Below are positions 36,947 to 47,249 of a DNA stretch of 61,387 nt, piece by piece; within the stretch, counting starts at the first letter, position 1, and every line of letters starts with the position of its first letter. The DNA is from Alphaproteobacteria bacterium. Its GTDB lineage: Bacteria; Pseudomonadota; Alphaproteobacteria; GCA-2731375. The stretch lies in the NCBI GenBank assembly GCA_030747035.1, contig JASLLM010000002.1, positions 1 through 61,387 on the forward strand, written 5' to 3'. The position numbers were made by a program, and so were the translations under genes. The notes below the pieces were generated by a model, which saw only the letters and a program-made list of their open reading frames with translations, was not told the DNA's origin and searched no databases.

Positions 36947-39900
36947 ATGTCCCCCGCCGATTTGGTACGCCTGTTCGTCCGGCACCGCAATGCGGCCAAT
37001 CTATTGATGGTGGTCATGCTGGTTCTGGGCGCTGTATCCCTTTCCCGGCTAAACACTCAGTTTTTTCCCGACTTCGGTATCGACATGGTCTCGATCACCG
37101 TTGCTTGGCCAGGTGCCAGCGCCGAAGACGTCGAAGCCAACATCGTCACGGCCATCGAACCGGAAGTGCGCTATTTGAACGATGTGGACCACGTCGAGTC
37201 ATTCGCTGTCGAGGGCTCTGGTACCGTCTTGGTAAAATACAATGCCGGCAGCGATATGCAGGCCGGCCGCGCTGACGTGGTGTCCGCCGTCGCCCAGGTC
37301 ACGACCTTGCCAGCGGGCAGCGAAACCCCGATCATTCGCCGCGTTGCCCGTTTCGATACGATCTCCCGGATTGCCCTCTCCGGCCCGTTTAGCGAAAGCG
37401 CTTTGAAAGCCATTGCCAAGCGTATCCGCGAAGGATTGCTGGCCCGCGGCATCGATCAGGTCATCATGTTCGGTGCCAGAGACGAGGAAATCTGGGTCGA
37501 CATGACGCCCCAGTCCTTGCGCCGGCTGGACCTGAGCCTTGATGACATCGCCGAGCGTATCCGCGCCCGTAGCCAGGATCTGCCCTCGGGCAACATCGAA
37601 GGCCAGGTCGAGAAGCAGATCCGCAGCCTGGGTCTAGAAACCACCGCCACCGGCCTGGGAGATATCGAAATCCGCTCGCTGCCGAATGGCGAGAAGATCC
37701 GCCTCGGCGACGTTGCCAGGGTACAGGAAGCCTTTGACGACAGTGCGCCCGAGGGACGTCTATCGGCCAATCGGGCGATAGAGCTGCACGTGAAGCGCGC
37801 TGTCGGCGCCGATGCGCTGGATATCTCACAAACCGTCGAGGACTATCTGGCCGAACTTCGCCTGACCCTGCCGCCTACTCTGACGTTGGAGCACTATGAC
37901 GTTCAGGCCGGATTGATACGCGAGCGCATCAATATCCTGTTGAAGAACGGGCTTGGCGGCCTGGCGTTGGTGCTGATCATACTGTTCATCTTTCTCAATC
38001 TTAGGGTCGCCATATGGGTCGCCGCCGGTATACCGGTGGCCCTGTTGGCCACCATGGGGGTCATGCTGATGAGCGGTCAGTCCATCAACATGGTCAGCCT
38101 GTTCGCCTTGATCATGACCCTGGGCATTATCGTTGATGACGCGATCGTGGTTGGCGAACACAGCGCGGCCCGTCGCGACCGGGGTTTGGACCCACAACAA
38201 TCCGCCGAGGAAGGCGCCCTGCGCATGCTGGCGCCGGTCATCGCCTCGTCCCTGACGACAATCGCCGCCTTTCTGCCGCTGTTCATTATCGGCGGCATTA
38301 TCGGCACAATTCTACGCGCCATTCCGCTGGTCACCGTTTCGGTTCTGGTCGCCTCGTTGATTGAATGTTTCTTGATTCTACCAGGTCATTTGCGCGGTGC
38401 GTTGCTGCATGGCAGCGAAAAGGAATCCCGGCCGCGGGCATGGTTCAACCATCACTTTGGCCGTTTCCGAAGCGGCGGCTACCGCCGTGCACTGGAGGTC
38501 TGCGTGCAATGGCGGTATCTGACCCTGGCTAGCGCGCTCGCCGGTCTGATTCTGGCCCTCGGCATCATCGCCGGCGGACGGGTCGGGTTTCAATTCTTTC
38601 CCACACCCGAGGGCGATATTGTCTACGGCAATGTAGTGATGATGCCCGGCACGCCACGCGAGCGGACGGAGGCGATGGTGCGGGAGTTGGAACGGGCCGC
38701 GCATAGCGCGGCGGAACGCTATCCCGGGCAGACGCGGAGTGGCGAAGACCTGATCCAGTCAACATTCGGCAAGCTGGGCCGGACCCAGGCCAACGAGTTC
38801 CAATCCGTGCGCGGCGACAAGTACGGCGGCCTTTATGTGCAGCTGGTGCCCTCGGATCACCGCCAGGTACGCATGCCTGAATTCATCACGACCTGGCGCG
38901 AGCAGATCCAAATGCAGCCTGGTGTCGATCGAGTCAACCTCAACGAACGCCGCGGCGGCCCGCCGGGCAAGGAAATCGATATCCGCCTGAGCGGCGGCAG
39001 CACCCGGGATCTCAAAGACGCCACCCGCGAGATCAAGGCGCTACTCGGCCGCTTCCCGGGCGTCAGCGATGTCGAGGATGATCTGCCTTATGGCAAGCAA
39101 GAGGTTATTCTTGAACTGACGCCCCGTGGCAGGGCCCTTGGCTTTTCCACCGACAGCGTCGGCCGGCAGGTTCGTTCGGCCTTCGAGGGCGCCATCGCGA
39201 AACGGTTTCCACGCGGCGATGAAGAGGTCACCGTGAAGGTGCAGTACGCCCGTGGCGCCATAACCACCGAGGATCTGCTAAACCTCTACCTCAGCAGTCC
39301 CACCGGTGTGGAAGTACCGTTGAGCGAGGTTGTCTCCATGCGGGAGAGCGCCGGTTTCGCCCGCATTCGGCGCAAGGACGGTCAGCGCGAGATCGCCATC
39401 ACCGGGGAGCTGGATGAAAGCAAGATCCGCTCGGGCAAACTGATTGAGGCGCTGGAGGAGGGTGAACTGCCCCAGATTGCCCGGCGTTTCGGGCTGCAAT
39501 ACAGCTTTGCCGGACGGGCCGAGGAACAGGCCCGCACCATGGCCGATATGAAGCTAGGAGCCATGGTCGGCATGGCGGCGATCTACATTATCCTGGCCTG
39601 GGTCTTCGCCTCCTACACCAGACCGATCGTGGTGATGGCGGTGATCCCCTTTGGCATCGTCGGCGCCGTCATCGGGCATCTGTTGTTGGGCTATGATCTT
39701 AGCCTGCTTACGCTGGTCGGCCTGCTGGGCCTGTCGGGCATCCTGGTCAATGATTCCATCATTCTGGTCTCCACCATCGACGAGCGCATCGCTGCCGGCG
39801 AAGAAACCATGCAGGCCATTATTGCCGGCAGCCAGGACCGCCTGCGCGCCGTACTCTTGACCTCGCTAACCACCATCGGCGGGCTAACGCCATTGCTGTT

Positions 39901-40627
39901 CGAAACCAGCCTGCAGGCGCAGTTCCTGATCCCCATGGCGATCACCATGATCTTCGGACTGGCCGTCGCCACCGTTCTGGTACTGCTGGTAATCCCTTCC
40001 CTTATCGCGATCCAGTTGGATTTTCATAACCAGCGCCAGCGCTTCCGTACCTGGCGGGCGCTGCTGCCGCAGAAATGGCAAGCGTATCGCATGGGCACCA
40101 CCCGGGCAAAGTTACTGGTCATTTTGAATTTCCTTGAACGCAGCGTTGCGGGTATCGGGTTCTGGACAGCGGTAATTGTGCTGCCGTCCATGATTTGCGT
40201 GCGAATTTACGAGATCATCGCCCGCAAGGTTTTCAACGCGCCGTCAAACTTTCCGCAATATCTGGAATGGGAATTGTTTCTACTGCTGGTATTTTTGACC
40301 CTGGGCTATGGCTACGTCCGTGGTGCCCATGTCCGGGTCGATATCATACGTGACCAGCTTTCGACGGTATTGCGAAACAGGATCGAGTTGCTCGGCCTGC
40401 TTTTGCTGATGTTGCCCTTTGCCGCGGTCATTATCTACTACGGCATACCCTACGTTATCGAAAGCTTCACCAGCGGCGAGAAATCCGCCTTGGCCCTTGG
40501 CGCCCCGGCACGCTGGATAATGAAGAGTGCGATGCCATTCGGCATCGGTCTGTTCATTGTTGCGGCGATTGTCGCCGCCTTGCGCAATCTGACCCAGCGG
40601 CAGAAAAAATTCGACGATCGGGAATAG
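36947..40627 (+). CDS. RND permease fused to a C-terminal TRAP small subunit (DctQ)
   Basis: Residues 1-~1026 are RND (GIIVDDAIVVGE, GILVNDSIIL, RLRAVLLTSLTT). Residues ~1049-1226 form a 4-TM DctQ (LEWELF, GAHVRVDII, ARWIMKSAMP). No stop codon between them. Confidence 0.88.
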   Translation: MSPADLVRLFVRHRNAANLLMVVMLVLGAVSLSRLNTQFFPDFGIDMVSITVAWPGASAEDVEANIVTAIEPEVRYLNDVDHVESFAVEGSGTVLVKYNAGSDMQAGRADVVSAVAQVTTLPAGSETPIIRRVARFDTISRIALSGPFSESALKAIAKRIREGLLARGIDQVIMFGARDEEIWVDMTPQSLRRLDLSLDDIAERIRARSQDLPSGNIEGQVEKQIRSLGLETTATGLGDIEIRSLPNGEKIRLGDVARVQEAFDDSAPEGRLSANRAIELHVKRAVGADALDISQTVEDYLAELRLTLPPTLTLEHYDVQAGLIRERINILLKNGLGGLALVLIILFIFLNLRVAIWVAAGIPVALLATMGVMLMSGQSINMVSLFALIMTLGIIVDDAIVVGEHSAARRDRGLDPQQSAEEGALRMLAPVIASSLTTIAAFLPLFIIGGIIGTILRAIPLVTVSVLVASLIECFLILPGHLRGALLHGSEKESRPRAWFNHHFGRFRSGGYRRALEVCVQWRYLTLASALAGLILALGIIAGGRVGFQFFPTPEGDIVYGNVVMMPGTPRERTEAMVRELERAAHSAAERYPGQTRSGEDLIQSTFGKLGRTQANEFQSVRGDKYGGLYVQLVPSDHRQVRMPEFITTWREQIQMQPGVDRVNLNERRGGPPGKEIDIRLSGGSTRDLKDATREIKALLGRFPGVSDVEDDLPYGKQEVILELTPRGRALGFSTDSVGRQVRSAFEGAIAKRFPRGDEEVTVKVQYARGAITTEDLLNLYLSSPTGVEVPLSEVVSMRESAGFARIRRKDGQREIAITGELDESKIRSGKLIEALEEGELPQIARRFGLQYSFAGRAEEQARTMADMKLGAMVGMAAIYIILAWVFASYTRPIVVMAVIPFGIVGAVIGHLLLGYDLSLLTLVGLLGLSGILVNDSIILVSTIDERIAAGEETMQAIIAGSQDRLRAVLLTSLTTIGGLTPLLFETSLQAQFLIPMAITMIFGLAVATVLVLLVIPSLIAIQLDFHNQRQRFRTWRALLPQKWQAYRMGTTRAKLLVILNFLERSVAGIGFWTAVIVLPSMICVRIYEIIARKVFNAPSNFPQYLEWELFLLLVFLTLGYGYVRGAHVRVDIIRDQLSTVLRNRIELLGLLLLMLPFAAVIIYYGIPYVIESFTSGEKSALALGAPARWIMKSAMPFGIGLFIVAAIVAALRNLTQRQKKFDDRE

Positions 40628-40639
40628 GACCGGGTTTGC

Positions 40640-42019
40640 ATGTTTGAATTCGTCGATATCCTGCCCTACGCTATGCTGGCTGCCCTTGCGATCCTGATAT
40701 TTTCCGGGTTGCCGGTGGCCATATTGCTGGCCGGCCTGGGCATTGCCTTTTCCCTGATTGGCATCGCCCTGGACGAAATGCCTTGGATCGCCCTGTTGAA
40801 CGTGCCCTTGCGCCTGTACGGCAGCATTAACGGCAGCCTGATCTATCCCACGGTACCGATGCTGCTGTTCATGGGCATGGCGTTGGAGAAAAGCGGCATT
40901 GCCCGGGATTTGTTGCTATGCCTGCAGCATTTGTTGCGCCGTGTGCCGGCCGGCATGGCCATCGCGGTAACCTTGCTGGGCGTTTTGCTGGCGCCCACCG
41001 CAGGCGTTGTTGGCGCCTCCGTCGCCACGCTGGCCCTGATCGCCCTGCCAACCATGTTGGATCAGGGTTACCGCTCATCCCTGGCCAGCGGCGTGGTGGC
41101 GGCCGCGGGGACCCTGGGGCTGATCCTGCCACCCGCGATCATGCTGTTTTTTCTGGCGGGAAAGCTGCGGGTTCCCATTGGGCATATTTTCCTCGCCGCC
41201 ATGTGGCCGGCGGGCATTCTGATCAGTCTTTATCTGCTCTACTACATAACGGCGGCAATCATTTCGCCGCCCACCGCCACCAAGGGGCATACGGAGCAGG
41301 ACTGGAGCCAGGGCTGGTCCCCATGGCAATGGTTCGGCTTTTATGTGCGCGGCCTGATATTGCCCGCTGGATTGATCTTTCTGGTATTGGGTTCAATTAT
41401 TTTTGCCTGGGCCACGCCGTCCCAGTCAGGCGCCGTGGGCGCGGCGGGCGGATTGCTGTTGATGCTGCTAAACCGTCGGCTGACCTGGCCCCTGTTCCGC
41501 GAGGCCATAGAAGGCACGGCTTTGATGACCGCCATGGTTTTCTTTATCGTCCTGGCGACCAACATCTTCTCTTATCCGTTTCGCTTTTTCAGCGGCGATG
41601 AAGTTGTCAGCGGCATGTTGCATGGGCTGGCCTTTGGTGATTGGGGCATGCTGCTGACCATCATTGGCATCATCTTTATCCTTGGCTTTTTCATCGACTG
41701 GATCGAGATTACCGTCATCACCTTGCCGTTGTTTCTGCCCGTGCTGGCGGAATTGGATTTCGCCGCCCATGCCGGCGAAGGCACCGGCAAGGCGCTGTGG
41801 ATGGCAACCCTGATCGCCCTGACCCTACAGACCTCGTTCCTGACGCCGCCCTTCGGCTTCGCACTATTCTTTCTGAAAGGCGCCGCCCCGCCCGAGGTCA
41901 AGATCACGGATGTCTATCGCGGCATTGTTCCCGTCGTGGGCGCGCAGCTGTTCGTAATCGGCCTGGTCATGGCCTTCCCGCTGTTGGCCAACTGGCTGCC
42001 GAACCAGCTTTTCAACTAA
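40640..42019 (+). CDS. dctM: TRAP transporter large permease DctM (FcbT3-like)
   Basis: PMLLFMG.ALEKSGIA, AGTLGLILPP, GFFIDWIEI, QTSFLTPPFGFALFFLKG. Confidence 0.9.
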   Translation: MFEFVDILPYAMLAALAILIFSGLPVAILLAGLGIAFSLIGIALDEMPWIALLNVPLRLYGSINGSLIYPTVPMLLFMGMALEKSGIARDLLLCLQHLLRRVPAGMAIAVTLLGVLLAPTAGVVGASVATLALIALPTMLDQGYRSSLASGVVAAAGTLGLILPPAIMLFFLAGKLRVPIGHIFLAAMWPAGILISLYLLYYITAAIISPPTATKGHTEQDWSQGWSPWQWFGFYVRGLILPAGLIFLVLGSIIFAWATPSQSGAVGAAGGLLLMLLNRRLTWPLFREAIEGTALMTAMVFFIVLATNIFSYPFRFFSGDEVVSGMLHGLAFGDWGMLLTIIGIIFILGFFIDWIEITVITLPLFLPVLAELDFAAHAGEGTGKALWMATLIALTLQTSFLTPPFGFALFFLKGAAPPEVKITDVYRGIVPVVGAQLFVIGLVMAFPLLANWLPNQLFN

Positions 42020-43398
42020 AAACCCGCTGGCGGCGTCACGCCGCACGGTGCCAGGGCAGACGTCACGGCGTCCTTCAGGCGGCTCAGCCCAGCATCGTCG
42101 GTGGCCTCGCAGCGCACCACCAGAACGGGCTGGGTGTTGGAGGCGCGCAGCAGCCACCAGCCGTCCGGGGTAGAGACGCGGGCGCCGTCTACGTCGGAAA
42201 AATTGGCGCCCTGGGCCCGCAGGTTCGCGACAACCTCGTCAACGACCTGAAATTTGCGGGCGTCGTCGCAATCAAAGCGAACCTCCGGTGTGTTGACCAT
42301 TTGCGGCAGGCTGTCACGCAGTTCGGTCACGCTCTGACCGGACCGGGCAACGGCATCCAGGAACCGTACCGCCACATATAGCGCATCATCGAAACCGTAA
42401 TATTTGTCGGCAAAGAATATATGCCCGCTCATCTCGCCGGCCAGGGGGGAGCCGGTCTCCGCCATCTTGCTTTTGATTAGCGAGTGGCCGGTTTTGTACA
42501 TCATGGGTTCGCCGCCCAGGCGGGCGACCTCGTCGAACAAGACCTGGCTGGCCTTCACATCGGCGATGATGGTGCTGCCGGGATGTTTCGCCAAAACATC
42601 ACGCGACAACAGCGCCAATAGCTGATCGCCCCATAGTATCCTCTCCTGGCCGTCGATCACGCCGATCCGGTCGCCATCGCCATCAAAACCGATGCCCAGG
42701 TCCAGCTTCTCCGACGTCACCGCGCCCTGCAATTGCACCAGGTTTTCCGCCACCGTCGGATCCGGATGATGGGCCGGAAAGGTGCCGTCCACCACCTCGT
42801 TCAAGGACACATGGCGGCCGGGCAGGCGGGCGATCAAATCGGGCAATATGTCGCCGGCAACCCCATTGCCGCAATCCCAGGCCACGGACAAGGGCGTGTC
42901 CGTGGTGTAGGCCGCGGCCAATTCGTCCAGATAAGCCGGGCGGACATCGTGATCCTCGGCGCCACCGGCGCCTTCCACCCAGCCGCCGGCTCCCGCTATA
43001 CGGCCCAATTCCTGGATCTGATCACCAAAAAAGGCTTTTCCATCCAGCATCATTTTGAAACCGTTATAATCCGGTGGGTTGTGCGAACCAGTCACCATGA
43101 CGCCGGCATCAGCCCGCAAATGATAGACCGAGAAATACAGCATGGGGGTCGGTCCCCGGCCGATCCGCAAGGCGGTGATACCCGCATCGTTCAGGCCCCT
43201 TACCAGATGCTCAGCCATTTCCACCGAGGTCAGGCGGCCGTCATAGCCGACAGCGGTCCGTGTGCCGCCGTTTCGGGCCACGATGGTGCCGAAGGCACGG
43301 CCGACCGCGTAGGCATCCGCCGTGGACAGAGTATCGCCGACGATGCCGCGTACGTCGTATTCGCGTAGCACCGAGCCGTGAAAGCTGTGTTCTTGCAT
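42016..43398 (-). CDS. Phosphomannomutase/phosphoglucomutase
   Basis: TGSHNP, FDGDGDR, GEMSGH. Confidence 0.95.
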   Translation of the reverse strand: MQEHSFHGSVLREYDVRGIVGDTLSTADAYAVGRAFGTIVARNGGTRTAVGYDGRLTSVEMAEHLVRGLNDAGITALRIGRGPTPMLYFSVYHLRADAGVMVTGSHNPPDYNGFKMMLDGKAFFGDQIQELGRIAGAGGWVEGAGGAEDHDVRPAYLDELAAAYTTDTPLSVAWDCGNGVAGDILPDLIARLPGRHVSLNEVVDGTFPAHHPDPTVAENLVQLQGAVTSEKLDLGIGFDGDGDRIGVIDGQERILWGDQLLALLSRDVLAKHPGSTIIADVKASQVLFDEVARLGGEPMMYKTGHSLIKSKMAETGSPLAGEMSGHIFFADKYYGFDDALYVAVRFLDAVARSGQSVTELRDSLPQMVNTPEVRFDCDDARKFQVVDEVVANLRAQGANFSDVDGARVSTPDGWWLLRASNTQPVLVVRCEATDDAGLSRLKDAVTSALAPCGVTPPAGF

Positions 43399-43422
43399 TA
43401 TTTCAGACTTTCCCGGTCAGGG

Positions 43423-44733
43423 TTAAACCGCCGGACGGCCAATGGAAACATATGTGAAGCCCTGATCGCGCATGGTATCGGGATCGTAGATATTGCGCAT
43501 GTCGACCAGTACCGGCGTCTTCAAAAGATCCCTTACCCGGGGCATGTCCAAGGCGCGGTAGGCATTCCATTCGGTGATAATGGCCAGGGCATCCGCGTCG
43601 GCCAGGGTGTCGTATGCATCATCGCAATATTCAATCCCGGTCAGCAATTCCCGCGCCTCATCCATGCCCTCGGGATCATGGGCCCTTATCTCCGCGCCCG
43701 CCGCGATCAGGGCGGGGATGATATCCAGGCTTGGGGAATCGCGCATGTCATCGGTATTCGGCTTGAAGGTCAGGCCCAGGACGGCGATGGTCTTGCCTTG
43801 CAGGGAACCACCGCAGGCATCGATCACCTTCTTCGCCATGTCGCGCTTGCGCTGATCGTTGACCTCGACGGTCGCCTTGACGATGTTCATGGGCAGATCG
43901 AGGCTTTCCGCCGTGCGCAGCAAGGCCAGGGTGTCCTTGGGAAAGCAGGAGCCGCCATAGCCGGGACCCGCGTGCAGGAATTTGCTGCCGATACGGCCAT
44001 CCAGTCCGATGCCCCGGGCCACATCCTGGACATCCGCCTCCACCCGTTCACACAGATTAGCGATTTCATTGATGAAAGTGATCTTGGTGGCCAGAAATGC
44101 ATTGGCGGCATATTTGATCAGTTCCGCCGTCTGCCGGGCCGTGAACATCACCGGCGTCTCGTTCAGGAACAAGGAGCGGTAAAGTTCCCGCATAACCTCA
44201 CGGGCGCGCTCGCTTTCTGTACCGACCACAACGCGGTCTGGCCGCATAAAATCGCTGATGGCCGCGCCCTCGCGCAGGAACTCCGGGTTCGAGGCGACGT
44301 CATAGTCAGCATCCGGCCGGTTTTCGCCAATAATCCTGGCAACTTCCGCGCCGGTACCCACCGGTACCGTCGATTTGGTCACGATCACCGTATAGCCGTC
44401 CAGCGCCGCCGCCACCTCCGCCGCCGCGTCGTAAACGTAGCTTAGATCCGCATGGCCGTCGCCCCGGCGCGATGGCGTTCCCACCGCGATGAACACAGCA
44501 TCCGCATCCGGCACCTGTTGTTTCAAATCGGTGGTGAAGGACAGACGCCCAGCCGCGACGTTGCTTGCCACCAGTTGCTCCAGGCCCGGCTCGAATATAG
44601 GGATTCGGCCCGCCAGCAAGGCATCGATCTTATCAGCGTCCTTGTCGACACAGGTTACGGTATGGCCGAATTCGGAAAAGCAGGCGCCCGAGACCAAACC
44701 TACATAGCCGGTGCCGATCATGGTGACATGCAT
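43423..44733 (-). CDS. ugd: UDP-glucose 6-dehydrogenase
   Basis: GTGYVG, NPEFLREG, GYGGSCFPKD, FKPNTDDMR. Confidence 0.95.
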   Translation of the reverse strand: MHVTMIGTGYVGLVSGACFSEFGHTVTCVDKDADKIDALLAGRIPIFEPGLEQLVASNVAAGRLSFTTDLKQQVPDADAVFIAVGTPSRRGDGHADLSYVYDAAAEVAAALDGYTVIVTKSTVPVGTGAEVARIIGENRPDADYDVASNPEFLREGAAISDFMRPDRVVVGTESERAREVMRELYRSLFLNETPVMFTARQTAELIKYAANAFLATKITFINEIANLCERVEADVQDVARGIGLDGRIGSKFLHAGPGYGGSCFPKDTLALLRTAESLDLPMNIVKATVEVNDQRKRDMAKKVIDACGGSLQGKTIAVLGLTFKPNTDDMRDSPSLDIIPALIAAGAEIRAHDPEGMDEARELLTGIEYCDDAYDTLADADALAIITEWNAYRALDMPRVRDLLKTPVLVDMRNIYDPDTMRDQGFTYVSIGRPAV

Positions 44734-44768
44734 ACTGTTTCTGGTCCTACATAATACTCAGGTAATGG

Positions 44769-45650
44769 TTAGCGGGATTGACCTGCCGGGGTGATTTCCG
44801 ACAGGTATTCACTCAGTCCCTGCCGCAGATCGTCCCGGTCCAAACCAAAAGCGATGGTGGCCTGCAGGAAACCCAGTTTGTCGCCGCAGTCAAATCGGGT
44901 GCCTTCAAATCGCAAGCCATGAAAAGGCCGTTCCCCAATCATCTTAGCCATGGCGTCGGTCAATTGAATTTCGCCGCCCGCACCCTTTTCCTTCCGCCCG
45001 AGATAGTCAAATACCTCCGGCATCAGGATGTAGCGGCCAATCACCGACAAGGTGGACGGCGCCTCAGCCGGATCGGGTTTTTCCACCAGGCCCCGCACTT
45101 CGGCCAGGCGGCCATCATCCTGACCCACATCCAGGATACCATAGCGGTCGGTATGTTCTTTCGGCACATCCATGACCGCCACCATGTTGCCCCCCGTCTC
45201 GGCGGCGGCGTCCGCCATTTGTTTCAGACAGGGCGTCTTGCTCTGGATCAAATCGTCCGCCAGCAGGACCGCGAAAGGTTCATTGCCGACAAGGTTCCTG
45301 GCGCACCAGACCGCGTGGCCAAGCCCCAGTGGTTCCTGCTGCCGAGTATAGGCAACCTGCCCGGCGTCGGGAATAGCGGCCCGCAGCGCCGCCAATTCAT
45401 CGTTCTTGTCGCGGGATGACAGCAGGTCCTCCAACTCGTAGGAATGATCAAAATGGTCCTCGATCGCGGTCTTGCCGCGGCCGGTGACAAAGATGAACTC
45501 TTCCACTCCCGCCGCCGCCGCTTCCTCCACCGCATATTGGATCAACGGCTTGTCGACGATGGGCAGCATCTCCTTGGGCAGAGCCTTGGTCGCCGGCAGA
45601 AACCGTGTGCCCATTCCACCCACCGGAAAAACCGCCTTGCGTACGCGCAT
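44769..45650 (-). CDS. galU: UTP-glucose-1-phosphate uridylyltransferase
   Basis: GTRFLPATKALPKEMLP, VEKP, GEIQLTDA. Confidence 0.96.
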   Translation of the reverse strand: MRVRKAVFPVGGMGTRFLPATKALPKEMLPIVDKPLIQYAVEEAAAAGVEEFIFVTGRGKTAIEDHFDHSYELEDLLSSRDKNDELAALRAAIPDAGQVAYTRQQEPLGLGHAVWCARNLVGNEPFAVLLADDLIQSKTPCLKQMADAAAETGGNMVAVMDVPKEHTDRYGILDVGQDDGRLAEVRGLVEKPDPAEAPSTLSVIGRYILMPEVFDYLGRKEKGAGGEIQLTDAMAKMIGERPFHGLRFEGTRFDCGDKLGFLQATIAFGLDRDDLRQGLSEYLSEITPAGQSR

Positions 45651-45733
45651 GCCAATTCAGCCTATTTTCTTGCCTTGTGAGAATGTTAGGATGAGCTTCT
45701 GCCATGAGCGGGGCGATGGCGCAAGCCATCCCG

Positions 45734-46456
45734 TCACACGCGCAGCAACAAATCCTTGGCCTGATTGATTTTTGCCGCAAGGTAGGATGAGCCGCCCTTG
45801 TCAGGATGCAGTTTCAACATCAGGCGTTTGTGGGCCTCGCGTATCTCGCTGGGCGACGGGTTGATGTCCAGACCCAGGACCTCCCGCGCTTCTTCTTCCG
45901 TCATGCTGCCCTGCGCCCGTGCGGTCTGGCCGGCGTAATCGCCATCATGACCGCTTGCATCCTGCCGCCAGTCACTGTCCTGCGTACGGTCCAGATAAGC
46001 TTCCAACAGCTGCGCCGCTTCACCGTCACGGCGCCGGCATTCATCCAGCAGATCGAGCAACTGCTCACGGTTCAATTCACTCAAATCACGGCCGGCGAAG
46101 GTGCCTTGCAGTACCTCCCCGCGCATGGCGCCGCTGTCATGGTCCAGGGTCATACGCAAATAGGCGGTCTCGACGTTGGAACTGCGGCCCGTTGAGCTTG
46201 CCGGCCCACGGCTCATGCGCGGTCCAAGTTTGGGCAGGGCCCAGCGCCGCAGGAAGGCGAATGCGGCAAAGGCAAGTGGCAGGCCCAGGGCGAAGCGTCC
46301 GGTCAACAGGAAAAACAGCGCCAGGGCGGCACATACGGCAAAACCGAGATAGCGCAGCGCCTTGGCCAGAACTTTCGGATCCGCGTTGAGCAGTAGCTTG
46401 CCCATCAGGCCCAAGGCGCCCAGCAGACAGACGCCGAGGATGAAATAGCCGATCAT
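45734..46456 (-). CDS. Membrane-anchored protein with C-terminal J-domain
   Basis: N-terminal TM segments, LRMTLDHDSG, HPDKGGS; ATGA overlap with the VWA gene. Confidence 0.85.
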   Translation of the reverse strand: MIGYFILGVCLLGALGLMGKLLLNADPKVLAKALRYLGFAVCAALALFFLLTGRFALGLPLAFAAFAFLRRWALPKLGPRMSRGPASSTGRSSNVETAYLRMTLDHDSGAMRGEVLQGTFAGRDLSELNREQLLDLLDECRRRDGEAAQLLEAYLDRTQDSDWRQDASGHDGDYAGQTARAQGSMTEEEAREVLGLDINPSPSEIREAHKRLMLKLHPDKGGSSYLAAKINQAKDLLLRV

Positions 46457-47178
46457 GAGGGCTTCGAACCCATCTGATGGGCGATCTGCAGAACCGCCTG
46501 CGCCTTGCCCTGGGAAAAATCCGAAAGCGCCTTGCGGCCACCGGCGGCATAGACCGCCACGGCGGCAAGCAGATCCCGCAATTGAGCCGCCGAAGTGGCA
46601 TCGAAACGGCAATAGGCACCGCGTGTGAGGGTGGCGATTTGTTTGAAGGCGCGGCTGGCCGTCGGCTCCAGACCTTCATGAAACAGGAAGCAAGGCACCC
46701 CAAGCATGCCCAATTCGCCCGCCACGGTACAAACCTGGTCCACATCCTCCTCCAAGCAATCACCAACAAAAACCAGGGCATTGATCCGCTGCTTGGTGGT
46801 TTCCCGTACCGCATAGCGCAGCAGGCGCTCGACCTGGGTCTGTCCGCCCAGGCAACGCACCCTTGTCATGTAGGGGATCAGATCGGCCGAGGAGGAGATC
46901 CACGGCGTGGCGCGAAAATCCTTGTAACCCCGGTAATAGGCCAACTGCACATCCAGCCCACCCAGGGCGGCGGTCTGGGCGAACATATCGCCCTGAATCT
47001 GACAGGCGGTATCCCAGCTCGGCTCCCGGCTGGCTGTTGCGTCCATGGCAAACAACAGCCGTCCCCGGCCCTTGGCCGCATGCGCAGTGGGGGTCGCGGC
47101 CAGCTTGTTCAGGAAATCCTGCACCTCTGCATTGCCGCCCTTGGCCGCTATGTCACGCTTATCATTCGCCATCATCAT
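46453..47178 (-). CDS. VWA-domain protein
   Basis: LLFAMDATAS (MIDAS-like), GGQTQ, VFVGD. Confidence 0.82.
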   Translation of the reverse strand: MMMANDKRDIAAKGGNAEVQDFLNKLAATPTAHAAKGRGRLLFAMDATASREPSWDTACQIQGDMFAQTAALGGLDVQLAYYRGYKDFRATPWISSSADLIPYMTRVRCLGGQTQVERLLRYAVRETTKQRINALVFVGDCLEEDVDQVCTVAGELGMLGVPCFLFHEGLEPTASRAFKQIATLTRGAYCRFDATSAAQLRDLLAAVAVYAAGGRKALSDFSQGKAQAVLQIAHQMGSKPS

Positions 47179-47249
47179 ATTACATTGTATGCGGCGGCGA
47201 CTTGTCCAGTGCCAAGGATGCCTCGGCGTCGAAACTGGCGGCCTATACG

